From: a virus
Length of the DNA: 64,000 bases
Reading direction: 5' to 3' (one strand)
Virus record (IMG/VR): IMGVR_UViG_3300009163_000025
Span: 24,349-88,348 of that record
Positions 15,939 through 25,066 of the stretch are shown here, in pieces. The notes beneath the pieces are model-generated. The model ran no database searches and had not been told where the DNA came from. It saw only the letters and a list, made by a program, of their open reading frames with translations. Within the stretch, counting starts at the first letter, position 1, and each line of letters opens with the position of its first letter. The position numbers and the translations under genes were made by a program.

Positions 15939-16271
15939 TCACATTGCTCCCATCCAACGAACATTCTGAAAAGTCCGTGCCATCGTGTTTCCACGGGCAA
16001 AATTCTTAGCGGGACTTGCCCATCCAGCGGCTTTCAAAATGTCGCCTTTAGTGAATTTGCCCATGTCACGGAGACAAACAAACGAATGCACGGAACGACC
16101 GCTACCTTTGCGACCAGTAATTACTTTGATGTAACTGCGACCAACTTCAAATGACAGGCTATCGCAAAAATCTTGCGCCATTGCCTTTTGGGTTTCAGTA
16201 GGTGTTGCACCTTGCCACTTAATGTAGTCAGCCTTGATGCATTCCAGATATTCGTTAAAACCGTCAATCAT
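15939..16271 (-). CDS. conserved T4-like early protein
   Basis: YIKVI..SVHSFV..GDILKAAGWASPAK motif; start at MIDGFN. Confidence 0.75.
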   Translation of the reverse strand: MIDGFNEYLECIKADYIKWQGATPTETQKAMAQDFCDSLSFEVGRSYIKVITGRKGSGRSVHSFVCLRDMGKFTKGDILKAAGWASPAKNFARGNTMARTFQNVRWMGAM

Positions 16272-16306
16272 TTTGTTTCCTTTAGTTTTCTCACTCAACA
16301 GATACA

Positions 16307-16334
16307 AGTATACTCGCTTCGGAGGGTAAGTCAA
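16307..16334 (-). promoter_or_regulatory. early promoter
   Basis: TTGACT-N16-TATACT; leader TCTGTTGAGTGAGAAAAC shared with the promoter at 1044. Confidence 0.8.
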
Positions 16335-16348
16335 GGGTTTTTTGATGT

Positions 16349-16480
16349 GTTGCACAAATACAACATATTTGTGGGGAAAAAACAACGCCCTAGAACCGGT
16401 TTTAGGCGGTTTCTAGGGCTAAGGAGGGGTGTCAGTACATTAGACGGCTTGAGCCGTCCTAGAGGGCGGTTTAGAACGCT
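16349..16480. repeat. intergenic element copy 2
   Basis: Homologous to 1086-1210. Confidence 0.7.
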
Positions 16481-16670
16481 ATTTTACATCATCAAAGTCT
16501 TCAAATTCATCCCACTCATCCTCTTTAATATTTTTAGGATCAATGAATCGAATTTGCTTACGGAATTTATCTTTTTGCTTTTGTGATTCGCTCACGTTTT
16601 TAGATTTCTTTTTTGGACGATCATCGTCCTCATAAAATTCTCGAAACGTGTTATACTTTTTGCTTGTCAT
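16479..16670 (-). CDS. hypothetical charged protein
   Basis: ORF downstream of the rnh operon. Confidence 0.65.
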   Translation of the reverse strand: MTSKKYNTFREFYEDDDRPKKKSKNVSESQKQKDKFRKQIRFIDPKNIKEDEWDEFEDFDDVK

Positions 16671-16675
16671 GGAAT

Positions 16676-17116
16676 TTATTTTTCCCCTAGAAAAACTTCT
16701 GGCAATGCTTCTTCAACAAGTTTGCGTGAGAAGCCTTTGTAGGACAATTTCTTGTCTTTGATTTGAAGAATGAGTTTTGCCTCTTCTGGCGAAACTGATT
16801 CTAAAATTTCAATGAAGATTTTTTCACGTTTAATTGTATTGACGTTATATGTCGCAAGCAAATATTCAAACTTACGCATTTCTTTCGGCAATCTATTGTG
16901 TCCCCAATTGTCAGGTGTTTCCATAGGTTTGTATGGAGGTGCACCTTCGGGCAAATCAAATTTTACATCATTGCGATAAACGTACCACAAAAGAACTTTT
17001 ACGTCTTTTCGTAGATTCCCAATTTGTTTCAGCGCATCAACTCTTTTACCTGCCGATAAATCGGATACGTGTTTAAGTATTTCGGGCAAAGTCATTTTAT
17101 CAACATTAATAGCCAT
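16676..17116 (-). CDS. conserved T4-like hypothetical protein
   Basis: LPEGAPPY and KREKIFIEILE motifs; usual neighbour of rnh. Confidence 0.75.
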   Translation of the reverse strand: MAINVDKMTLPEILKHVSDLSAGKRVDALKQIGNLRKDVKVLLWYVYRNDVKFDLPEGAPPYKPMETPDNWGHNRLPKEMRKFEYLLATYNVNTIKREKIFIEILESVSPEEAKLILQIKDKKLSYKGFSRKLVEEALPEVFLGEK

Positions 17117-17117
17117 G

Positions 17118-17984
17118 TTAAAATTCCTGTATGTGTTCCATCAGCATCTTCAAACGATACTTGATAAAGTAATTAAAAATCTTGTCCCTGCTATTTTCAT
17201 TAGCGGAGTCATAATGTTCTAGAATTTTGTCCTGAATTTCTTGTGGAATTTTAGAGAGATCAATAAGCATTTCATTACGTTTATAGTTTCTCAGCATAAT
17301 TTCATCACAAAAAGTCTCAGGTTCTTGTTCTAGCCAACTATTTAGTTTTTTTTCAGTTACAGGTTTCTGGCGGCTTTCTGCGACAAACGTATCATCGGAA
17401 GACAAGAAGTTAGGAATGCCATCACTTCGATCACCCTTAAGAATGTGTTCTTTTAGGAATTTGTCTGCGCTATTTGTGCGTAGGAATTTCTTGCCCATCG
17501 GGCTGTATTGTTCCACATTGACAAACTTTTGCAATTGCATAAAGTCTTTATCACTAGAGAGAATAAGAATTTTTTCAGTCGCATCATTTTTAAGTTGTGT
17601 TCCGAACTTGTGGCAGAGTGTGCCGATAATGTCATCGGCTTCTGTTTTATCAACTTGGATAACTTTATATGGTAAGTGTTCCTTGATTTCATCACGCACT
17701 CTGTTTAGCGTTTCAAAAATTAGATTCCAATCAAACGGAGATGCTTCTCTGTCTTTCTTACGTCCTGCTTTGTAGTAAGGAAAGAAGTCTCTGCGCCAAT
17801 ACTTCTTGTCATCGCTACAGATAACAATATCACCATACTGTTCTTTGAATTTAGTATTGTACATTCGAATGCTGTTAAGCACCATGTGACGAATTAGATT
17901 TTCATCTAACGGTGTTGATGCATTAGAACCAATCTGCATCATCAGATTGGAAATCATTACCTGATTCAAGTCAATCAAAATCAT
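17118..17984 (-). CDS. rnh: T4-type RNase H (5'-3' exonuclease)
   Basis: ILIDLNQ, YKAGR, EADDII, SSDKDF and GDRSDGIPN motifs. Confidence 0.93.
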   Translation of the reverse strand: MILIDLNQVMISNLMMQIGSNASTPLDENLIRHMVLNSIRMYNTKFKEQYGDIVICSDDKKYWRRDFFPYYKAGRKKDREASPFDWNLIFETLNRVRDEIKEHLPYKVIQVDKTEADDIIGTLCHKFGTQLKNDATEKILILSSDKDFMQLQKFVNVEQYSPMGKKFLRTNSADKFLKEHILKGDRSDGIPNFLSSDDTFVAESRQKPVTEKKLNSWLEQEPETFCDEIMLRNYKRNEMLIDLSKIPQEIQDKILEHYDSANENSRDKIFNYFIKYRLKMLMEHIQEF

Positions 17985-17993
17985 TTTATATTC

Positions 17994-18176
17994 TCAATAG
18001 TTCTGAACAATCCAAGCAGATAGTTCTTTAACTCGGGATTCAAGTACCGAGATTGCGGTATGAATGTGTCCAGTATCATGGTCTTCTATTCGGCTTTTTA
18101 AGATTTCAATTTCATCTTTAAGTGCCTCAACATGCTTAACACGATCATGCACTTCACTTGTAGTAACGATTGCCAT
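17994..18176 (-). CDS. hypothetical protein
   Basis: DTGHIHTAISVLE motif common in T4-like phages. Confidence 0.65.
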   Translation of the reverse strand: MAIVTTSEVHDRVKHVEALKDEIEILKSRIEDHDTGHIHTAISVLESRVKELSAWIVQNY

Positions 18177-18187
18177 AATGTATTCCT

Positions 18188-19306
18188 TTAATTTAATACT
18201 CTAACAATGATTGTATCAGAATTAATACGTCCTGTCAACTCGCTAGGTTTGGTAGACAAACCATCTAGGAGTTTTTTCAACACAATCTTGCCACCATCAA
18301 GTACTTGCTTAACAGTCACTTCAGGCTTACGCAAACGTTTGCCAATGGACGTTTCAACATTAAAGTTTTGAATTGTCGTACCTTTGATCGTCAAACCTTT
18401 TGCGTTATCTGCATTGTACATGCCAAGCAATTTAGTTTTGGTATTATACAACCACACTTGATTCGCACCAATAATCTTTTCGGGTAGAACACTCTTCAAA
18501 TTCAACTCAGCAAAATCTTTCATGTATTGCACTTTGGCGGCAACTACACTTGCTGGTTTCTCTTTTACTTTACGTGCTTTACGGGTAGGTTTCTTTTCTG
18601 CGCCACGATTTGTTTCTGCAACAATCGCATCATAAAATTCTTTAATCTTACGCAATTGTACTTTGCTGAAATTAGAATAACCTTCTTTGATATCAGCATC
18701 GGTTGTATTCATCGCATCTTCAAACTCTTTAGAACGTTTAATGAACACTTCACACATACGCTTTTGCACAACGGAAGATAAGTCTTTGCTTTTCAGATAT
18801 GATTGCATGTCTGGTGCAGATTTGCATCCACCAGCAATGAAGTCATCCACAAGCCCCTCAATTTCGCCAACTTCTTCAAGTGCCTTCTCATGTATACGAT
18901 CTTGAATGTTAACAGTTATTACTGCAATGTGCTGTGCGGTTTTGGCTTTTGCTTTTGTTTTCTTTGCAGTTTCAAGAACATTCTTAAACTCTTTGACAAA
19001 GAATTTCTTGAATGATTCGGAAGGTTCGTAGCCCATACACATCATACGTGCTACCCAACCAAGTTGCACTGGAATAGATGCGTCACTTGATGCGACTAGA
19101 GCAATTTCTTCCTTCGGTCTATCAATGCTATCCATGTATTCGATAACAAACGTTTTTGCTTGCTTGTTGTCACAAAAATAATTATACCAATTCAATGCAC
19201 GAATTTCTTCGCTTCTAAGATTAGTCATCTCGGCTTGATTGGTCCAAGAAGGTTCCATGCCATATGCTTTTGCATCGGCACCAGGATTAATCTTGGAAAA
19301 TTTCAT
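18188..19306 (-). CDS. conserved T4-like hypothetical protein
   Basis: ALNWYNY, KRLRKPE and GRINSDTII motifs. Confidence 0.8.
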   Translation of the reverse strand: MKFSKINPGADAKAYGMEPSWTNQAEMTNLRSEEIRALNWYNYFCDNKQAKTFVIEYMDSIDRPKEEIALVASSDASIPVQLGWVARMMCMGYEPSESFKKFFVKEFKNVLETAKKTKAKAKTAQHIAVITVNIQDRIHEKALEEVGEIEGLVDDFIAGGCKSAPDMQSYLKSKDLSSVVQKRMCEVFIKRSKEFEDAMNTTDADIKEGYSNFSKVQLRKIKEFYDAIVAETNRGAEKKPTRKARKVKEKPASVVAAKVQYMKDFAELNLKSVLPEKIIGANQVWLYNTKTKLLGMYNADNAKGLTIKGTTIQNFNVETSIGKRLRKPEVTVKQVLDGGKIVLKKLLDGLSTKPSELTGRINSDTIIVRVLN

Positions 19307-19309
19307 AGT

Positions 19310-19609
19310 TTATTCACCCAATGTAAATGATACAGATTTAATAGAATCGTAACGGAATGAACGCCATTCGTTTTTCTCTAAGTCAACTACAGAGATAGAC
19401 TCATCAGTTGAAGTGATGCGAACACGCTCGGTTTTCTTTTCATATACTGGAATTGCAGATTCTTCTAGTGTGCATTTCATGGTACGCATTGTGCCATCTT
19501 TCTTTTGAAAGTCAACAGTCACAGGACCAAATTTGAGGTGGCTAACAAGCCACTTCCGAAATGCTTTTTGTTCACTTGTATTAGCACTCGCATAATAAAA
19601 ATTCGTCAT
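19310..19609 (-). CDS. SH3/WYL-like domain protein
   Basis: FQKKDGTMRTMKCTL...WRSFRYDSI. Confidence 0.7.
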   Translation of the reverse strand: MTNFYYASANTSEQKAFRKWLVSHLKFGPVTVDFQKKDGTMRTMKCTLEESAIPVYEKKTERVRITSTDESISVVDLEKNEWRSFRYDSIKSVSFTLGE

Positions 19610-19677
19610 ATCAAAGTTCTCCATGTTAAAAATAACGTTTGTCAATGTTTCTAGTATACTCACAACTCGGTGGATTG

Positions 19678-19932
19678 TCAAGTGTCATCTTCATCATTAT
19701 CCAATTTTGTTAATTCATGTAGATGGTCATACAACTCTTTTAGCCCGCCAATATAATTAAGCCCATGATATACGTGAGGTATTTGCTTCGTTTCTGGATG
19801 CAATCTTAGCAATTGATTTACAGTATAGTGCTTGCCGATAAGAAAAATTTTATATTGTTGGTGAGATGCCAGCAATAAATTTTCTGCTTTATCTGTAGCC
19901 CTACTATTTTCTGCTCCGTATATGTAGAACAT
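19678..19932 (-). CDS. glutaredoxin-fold protein lacking CxxC
   Basis: FYIYG..., IPHV..YIGG pattern; no Cys. Confidence 0.55.
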   Translation of the reverse strand: MFYIYGAENSRATDKAENLLLASHQQYKIFLIGKHYTVNQLLRLHPETKQIPHVYHGLNYIGGLKELYDHLHELTKLDNDEDDT

Positions 19933-20312
19933 TATCGACCTTGTTGAATTTTGATAAACTCACCAGGGTCATAATTTAATTTTGTTGACATAATTTTTCC
20001 TTTATAGTCGTAAGTAACGTAATATCCACTCAATACATTTTGAGTTTCATTTTCGTATACGATTCTACAAGAAATTTGATTCGGAGTCACTATGGTAATT
20101 GAATTATCGAATCTATCATAATGAGTCCGCTGTTGGATTTTATTGCACACTTGCCGTGATACAAGTCTATCCTGTTTATCAAACACAAGTTCCTTAGTTA
20201 GAATTTTTGCTTGATACGTTCCATTCTCAGCAGAATCGGATACAACATTCACTTCTGCATGTACTGCATTAATGAATGCTATCAGTAATACTGCTTTTAT
20301 ATATGCTTTCAT
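19932..20312 (-). CDS. exported YcfJ-like protein
   Basis: Signal peptide, Cys pair, GYYVTYDYKG..KLNYDPG. Confidence 0.6.
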   Translation of the reverse strand: MKAYIKAVLLIAFINAVHAEVNVVSDSAENGTYQAKILTKELVFDKQDRLVSRQVCNKIQQRTHYDRFDNSITIVTPNQISCRIVYENETQNVLSGYYVTYDYKGKIMSTKLNYDPGEFIKIQQGR

Positions 20313-20698
20313 TCTATTACATAAATTCGTTTAACAACTTTAATTGGTACTCTCATTGCAGGTTCTTTAGCCAATTTTACTGTACGCAATTCTCCATCAT
20401 ACTCAATTGTCACATTGTATCCAATTGGTGTAGTATAATACATCTTATCATGATATGTGGTGCAACTTTGTTTTTCCTGATTGGTACCAACTTGCATAAT
20501 TGTGGTGCATGATTGTCGTGGTACAGTATTGAAACCAGTCTTTAGAATTGGATCAACATTGACAACCCTAGCATAGTCATACTGAACAACTTCCTGTGCG
20601 GATGCAATAGCCGCAAATGATGCAAGCAAGGCAAAGGCTAAAGTTTTGTATTTCACGATTTTTCCTTTAAAAAAGTTTATCTGCAAGTGCCGCCGCAT
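20309..20698 (-). CDS. exported YcfJ-like protein (likely GTG start near 20656)
   Basis: Signal peptide, YARVVNVDPI, GYNVTIEYDG; paralog of its neighbour. Confidence 0.6.
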   Translation of the reverse strand: MRRHLQINFFKGKIVKYKTLAFALLASFAAIASAQEVVQYDYARVVNVDPILKTGFNTVPRQSCTTIMQVGTNQEKQSCTTYHDKMYYTTPIGYNVTIEYDGELRTVKLAKEPAMRVPIKVVKRIYVIE

Positions 20699-20815
20699 TC
20701 CATGCTGAAAAGAATATATTCAGCCATCCCATTTTATTGTTTCCATTTTCAAAGTCAATTGTTGCAAACTTCCAACACATTACCATAAACAATACATTGA
20801 GTACAATAAACATAT

Positions 20816-21070
20816 TCATGATTTCATTCCTTTAATCATAGAACCGACTAGGAATTGTAAATACGCTAATGCTAAAATAGTTTCCAAGTCAAAGGAAATT
20901 GAAGTTAAAAATACAGTATTGATTGCCCATATCGTAATCGCAGAGGATATAATAACGGCAACAAACATGCCTGCTAAAAATACCAAAATGGCAGTTAGTG
21001 TCATTTCTTTAGTGTTCATAAAATCTCCATTCATATTTAACATCTTAACATACTTGAATTGGCATGTCAA
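20816..21070 (-). CDS. small membrane protein
   Basis: Two hydrophobic segments; true start probably MNTKEM. Confidence 0.55.
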   Translation of the reverse strand: MTCQFKYVKMLNMNGDFMNTKEMTLTAILVFLAGMFVAVIISSAITIWAINTVFLTSISFDLETILALAYLQFLVGSMIKGMKS

Positions 21071-21071
21071 G

Positions 21072-21389
21072 TCAGAATGTATTTAAGGTTGGTTCGCATT
21101 CTGCTATCAACTCACGTTCCCTTTGGTGGGCTGGTTTGCGTCCACGAATGATTTCCATCACTTCGTATTGCCACTTTGCGCCAGACAATTCACGCAATGC
21201 ATTACACATTGCCCAATCTTTGTCTTCGCACTTTGCACGGCTCACATGCTTTTGCCACCGAACTTTTACGGAACGCAAGTAGGCTTGACCCTGTGCAACA
21301 GTCAAGCCGATGTATGTATCACCTGTATCCACGCAAGTAACTCTGTACAGAACGTGGTTTCTATCAGAACGTTTTTTTCTCATTACCAT
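21072..21389 (-). CDS. GIY-YIG nuclease-family protein
   Basis: VLY...YIGLT...RWQKH...ERELI....LN. Confidence 0.75.
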   Translation of the reverse strand: MVMRKKRSDRNHVLYRVTCVDTGDTYIGLTVAQGQAYLRSVKVRWQKHVSRAKCEDKDWAMCNALRELSGAKWQYEVMEIIRGRKPAHQRERELIAECEPTLNTF

Positions 21390-21395
21390 ACTTAC

Positions 21396-21489
21396 AGTAT
21401 AGCATAGTGAGGATGTAAGTCAAGTACTTTCCACATTGTTGCACAAAAACAACAAAATCCCCCTACAGAAAGTGTTGTTTTTACGCAAC
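21396..21489 (-). promoter_or_regulatory. early promoter plus two GTTG-N8-CAAC boxes in a divergent intergenic region
   Basis: TTGACT-N16-TATACT; boxes at 21438-21453 and 21474-21489. Confidence 0.78.
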
Positions 21490-21547
21490 ATCCTAGGACT
21501 TGGTTTACCATAAATAAAGGCACTATAATCCTAGGGAGGGAATAGTT

Positions 21548-21697
21548 ATGGACATGGTAGAAATACTTTTAAAAGCATGGCCAGTTTTTTTAGCGTTTAT
21601 TACTCTCGTTATTGTTTTAGCAAAAATGGATGTGCGAATTGGTGTCTTAGAAGACAAAGTAAAATCGCTTTTCGATTTATATAACAAAGGAAAGTAA
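21548..21697 (+). CDS. small membrane protein (49 aa)
   Basis: Hand translation MDMVEILLKAWPVFLAFITLVIVLAK...; GGAGG SD. Confidence 0.65.
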   Translation: MDMVEILLKAWPVFLAFITLVIVLAKMDVRIGVLEDKVKSLFDLYNKGK

Positions 21698-21698
21698 A

Positions 21699-22043
21699 AT
21701 GGCAGAAGAAAATAAAGAAAGTGCTAAAGGCGCTTTCATAGAGAAACTATTGTTTGCTCTACTCCCCCTACTAATTGGTTCAACGGGATACTTAATTCAA
21801 GCATTGGGTTCTATTCAACACGATGTAACTATTTTGAATCAAAAAGTTAGTTTAGTTGTTACAACAGATAATAAACAAGCAAGTAACAGCGGTGCTGAAT
21901 TAGCCCGTGAAAAACTACGTCAAGACTTAGAAAAAGAAATTCAAAAGAACCGTGATGCTATCATGGAAAATCGCCAACATATTGCCGTCTTGGAAGATAG
22001 ATTAGGTTTTGGTTCAAAGAAAATTGGCTCAATGAAAGATTAA
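21699..22043 (+). CDS. single-TM coiled-coil protein
   Basis: N-terminal TM, heptad-rich C-terminus. Confidence 0.7.
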   Translation: MAEENKESAKGAFIEKLLFALLPLLIGSTGYLIQALGSIQHDVTILNQKVSLVVTTDNKQASNSGAELAREKLRQDLEKEIQKNRDAIMENRQHIAVLEDRLGFGSKKIGSMKD

Positions 22044-22061
22044 AGAAAGTAAAATACTATA

Positions 22062-22802
22062 ATGGTAACAAAAAAAGTTATAGCGAAACCAACTACAAAA
22101 AAAGCAACACCTGTTAAAAAGGCAACAGTAAAAAGAACAGTTAAAAAAGTATCACCTGCACCAACATCAGTAATTAGTGTTGATGTGAGTGGTGCTACAA
22201 AATCTGCATCTTCTATGGTAGATAAGGCTATTGATTTAATTAAGTGGGTTGACACGCCGTTCAAATTGTTTGAAGTTATTCTTCTCGCTAGTATATTCTT
22301 TTTTGGATACTTTGCATGGGATAGTAGAGTTGTAATTCTAAATGCAATTACACAATCAAGTCATGTGACAAATCTTAAAGAAGTGAACCATCTTGTTCCA
22401 GTTGCAGGGAGTTTACAAAAAGATTTAGAAGCAACAACTGTAATTGTACACAAAGCATCTCTTAATGTGAATACAAGAAAAACAATGTTAGCGTTTGGTC
22501 CAAAAGGAAGAGATAATTCATTAGATGGATTAAATTCTAGTTTGTTTAGTAAAGATCAATCTAGAAATGCTGGCATCATTGGTATGTTAAATGGTGAAGT
22601 TGTTTGCGATAAAATAAGTGTGCTTGATAAATCTTCTGAATGGGAATCTAAACAAGGCGTGACATTTGTTTGCCGTGGTGGTATTCCTCCTGAGATTGGA
22701 GACTTTGATGGGTATGTTGCTGTGGGATGGAAAAAGGAACCTAGTGATCTAACAATAGTGAAAACTAGAATTAACCTAGCATCGTCTGAAATGTCGCAAT
22801 GA
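22062..22802 (+). CDS. putative T-type holin (one TM plus periplasmic GAF-like domain)
   Basis: Basic N-terminus, single TM, about 160-aa C-domain with two Cys. Confidence 0.45.
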   Translation: MVTKKVIAKPTTKKATPVKKATVKRTVKKVSPAPTSVISVDVSGATKSASSMVDKAIDLIKWVDTPFKLFEVILLASIFFFGYFAWDSRVVILNAITQSSHVTNLKEVNHLVPVAGSLQKDLEATTVIVHKASLNVNTRKTMLAFGPKGRDNSLDGLNSSLFSKDQSRNAGIIGMLNGEVVCDKISVLDKSSEWESKQGVTFVCRGGIPPEIGDFDGYVAVGWKKEPSDLTIVKTRINLASSEMSQ

Positions 22803-23077
22803 AATGGATTATTCTATTCGTAGGAATGTCTGCGTTGATTGTTGGGTCAACAGCGCAGGTACCATGTGATCTCGGTGAGTTTAAAACTATTGCGTTAACT
22901 ACGCATCATCCCTATGAACGTAAGGCAAAAATAATAGAGTGGTTGAAATCAAAAGGACCACAATGCGACAAAGAACAAGTCTCAAAGATATATAATAATT
23001 TAGCACACCTATTGGGAACTTCGGATGATGCAGAAGTTCGTGCTGTGACATATGAAATGTACCGGAATGCAAAATAA
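22799..23077 (+). CDS. small exported two-Cys protein (antiholin candidate)
   Basis: Signal sequence, 92 aa, coupled to the upstream gene. Confidence 0.4.
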   Translation: MKWIILFVGMSALIVGSTAQVPCDLGEFKTIALTTHHPYERKAKIIEWLKSKGPQCDKEQVSKIYNNLAHLLGTSDDAEVRAVTYEMYRNAK

Positions 23078-23311
23078 ATGGACGCCGTTCGATGGTTTCC
23101 AATCGTTGCGCCAAGTTATGCAAATGTAGATGGCATACTAGCCGATGTTCATGCAAGAAAAAATGAAGAACGTTGGGACGAATATAATAAACAGTTAATT
23201 GAAAAAATACATCTTAGAGATTATTTGTATGATTTGTATTCGAAAAGATCACATGAGAATCACATACGCATGGAAATATACAATGTCAGCACTATAGATT
23301 TTTACGTTTAA
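23078..23311 (+). CDS. hypothetical protein
   Basis: ORF in the plus-strand operon. Confidence 0.6.
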   Translation: MDAVRWFPIVAPSYANVDGILADVHARKNEERWDEYNKQLIEKIHLRDYLYDLYSKRSHENHIRMEIYNVSTIDFYV

Positions 23312-23316
23312 TTAAA

Positions 23317-24090
23317 ATGGATCCAATCACACTATTTGCCATGGCTAATGCCGCTGTGTCAGCGGTTAAAAAAGGATGCCAACTATACAAAGATATTAAA
23401 GGTGCGGCTGGTGATGTTAAAGCAGTACTCAAAGATTTAGATGAACAGTTTCATAATAACCACAAAGACAAGCCAGCAACAGTTACGCAACGTAATGCTT
23501 ACATAGTAGAAAATAATCGTGTTATAGAAGTAAACAAACGAGATGGTGAAACTGTTGGTATCTATACAGAAATTGGAAATCATCTTGGCACATACTATGA
23601 TAACTTAAATAAATGCATGGCTATCTTTGCAGAAGAAGAACGTAGAAGTAAAGAGGAGTTATATGAAGGTGATGATAGTTTAGGTAAACGTGCGCTACAG
23701 CGTGTTCTGATGAAAAAACAATTGGAACAAATGGGGACCGAATTACGTGAATTGATGGTGTATCAAAGCCCACCTGAGTTAGGTGCTTTGTATACTGAAG
23801 TAGAAGAGATGATGAAAGTTATGGGTAAAGAACAAAAAATACTTATGACAATTAAGATGAGAGCAGAAGAAGTGCAATCAAAAAGAAGAGCCGCACAGAT
23901 AAAACAGTTAAGGCAAGATGCTATAATAGGTCTGGTTATTTTAATAGTAATATTTACTATGGGCGCAATGTTTATGTGGGTTGCATACGATAGACAACAA
24001 AAATATCCTCAATACGGTGATGAGTTATTTCCTAAGAGTGAACGTCAACGACAGCGAGAAAGAGAACCACAGGTATATATAGGTAGATAA
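23317..24090 (+). CDS. helical protein with C-terminal TM
   Basis: MDPITL... N-terminus, coiled coil, TM near the C-end. Confidence 0.7.
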   Translation: MDPITLFAMANAAVSAVKKGCQLYKDIKGAAGDVKAVLKDLDEQFHNNHKDKPATVTQRNAYIVENNRVIEVNKRDGETVGIYTEIGNHLGTYYDNLNKCMAIFAEEERRSKEELYEGDDSLGKRALQRVLMKKQLEQMGTELRELMVYQSPPELGALYTEVEEMMKVMGKEQKILMTIKMRAEEVQSKRRAAQIKQLRQDAIIGLVILIVIFTMGAMFMWVAYDRQQKYPQYGDELFPKSERQRQREREPQVYIGR

Positions 24091-24112
24091 TAATAAAAGG
24101 GGAGATATAATT

Positions 24113-24844
24113 ATGGCAGGCGAAGCGGCAGAAAGACAAGAATCTGGAGTAGTTAAGGCTATTAAAGATGCTGTTAAAAAAAATAAAAATAATCCAATAA
24201 CTATAGTTGCGGGCAAAACAACAATCGCTGGAGTTATTAATGCGGAAAAATTTACTGGTCGACAAGAAAGTGGATCCGAACCATATACGGATGTACAACT
24301 TTTCATTTACAATAAAAAAGAACCAATTAATCTTTCGCTAAAAGGGGAATCAGCACCATCACTTGCTGGTGGTGGTTTACGTGGACTTGAATTGGCCGTT
24401 CCAGGAATAGCAAAAAAATTTATGAAAGCCGCATTTGAACATTTAACAAAAAAAGTTAAGTTGAAACCCGGAGATAAAGTTCCTGATGTATTTGGTAAAA
24501 TTGGAGGACCCGCAAAATTGAAAATTGTTGTTGGTAATAAAGCCATGGGGGGACCAATTGATTATATGTACATTGGACCCATGAATGTTGTTGCGCCATA
24601 TGATATGAAAAAAAACATAGTAAAATTTAATGGTGCATTAACTGGTGCAGTTGAGTATGCAAAAACTCATGATTTGTATTTTAGATTTAGGGCTAGAAGA
24701 GAAGATCAAAGATTTGATCCAACCGCAAAAGATGCAGACGGAACTCCAAAGATATATGGAAAATCTCCCTCTAGGGGAGATTCAGCAGGAAGAATAGTTG
24801 TCACCGATAAAGTTTCAGGCAAAGGTGAATTAGTCAATATATAA
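24113..24844 (+). CDS. PD-(D/E)XK nuclease-like protein
   Basis: ERQE...TDVQL...NLSLK pattern. Confidence 0.5.
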   Translation: MAGEAAERQESGVVKAIKDAVKKNKNNPITIVAGKTTIAGVINAEKFTGRQESGSEPYTDVQLFIYNKKEPINLSLKGESAPSLAGGGLRGLELAVPGIAKKFMKAAFEHLTKKVKLKPGDKVPDVFGKIGGPAKLKIVVGNKAMGGPIDYMYIGPMNVVAPYDMKKNIVKFNGALTGAVEYAKTHDLYFRFRARREDQRFDPTAKDADGTPKIYGKSPSRGDSAGRIVVTDKVSGKGELVNI

Positions 24845-24852
24845 CTAATATA

Positions 24853-25056
24853 TTACTTTACAGGCTTCTTTTTTGAGTAATTTCTAGCCGCAGGTTTTTT
24901 GACAGGACTTGCTGGAACTGGTTTAGGTTCTTCAATCTTTGCAACAACTGGCTCTGGAGCCTTCGGCACTTCAACAACTGGCTCTGGATGTGGCCAATTT
25001 GTTGATTGTTCAACAGGTTTAGTTCCTAGAACCCAATCTTTAATTTTCTTAAACAT
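24853..25056 (-). CDS. Pro/Lys-rich small protein
   Basis: ORF with AAGGA SD after the endolysin. Confidence 0.6.
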   Translation of the reverse strand: MFKKIKDWVLGTKPVEQSTNWPHPEPVVEVPKAPEPVVAKIEEPKPVPASPVKKPAARNYSKKKPVK

Positions 25057-25066
25057 AAACTTTCCT

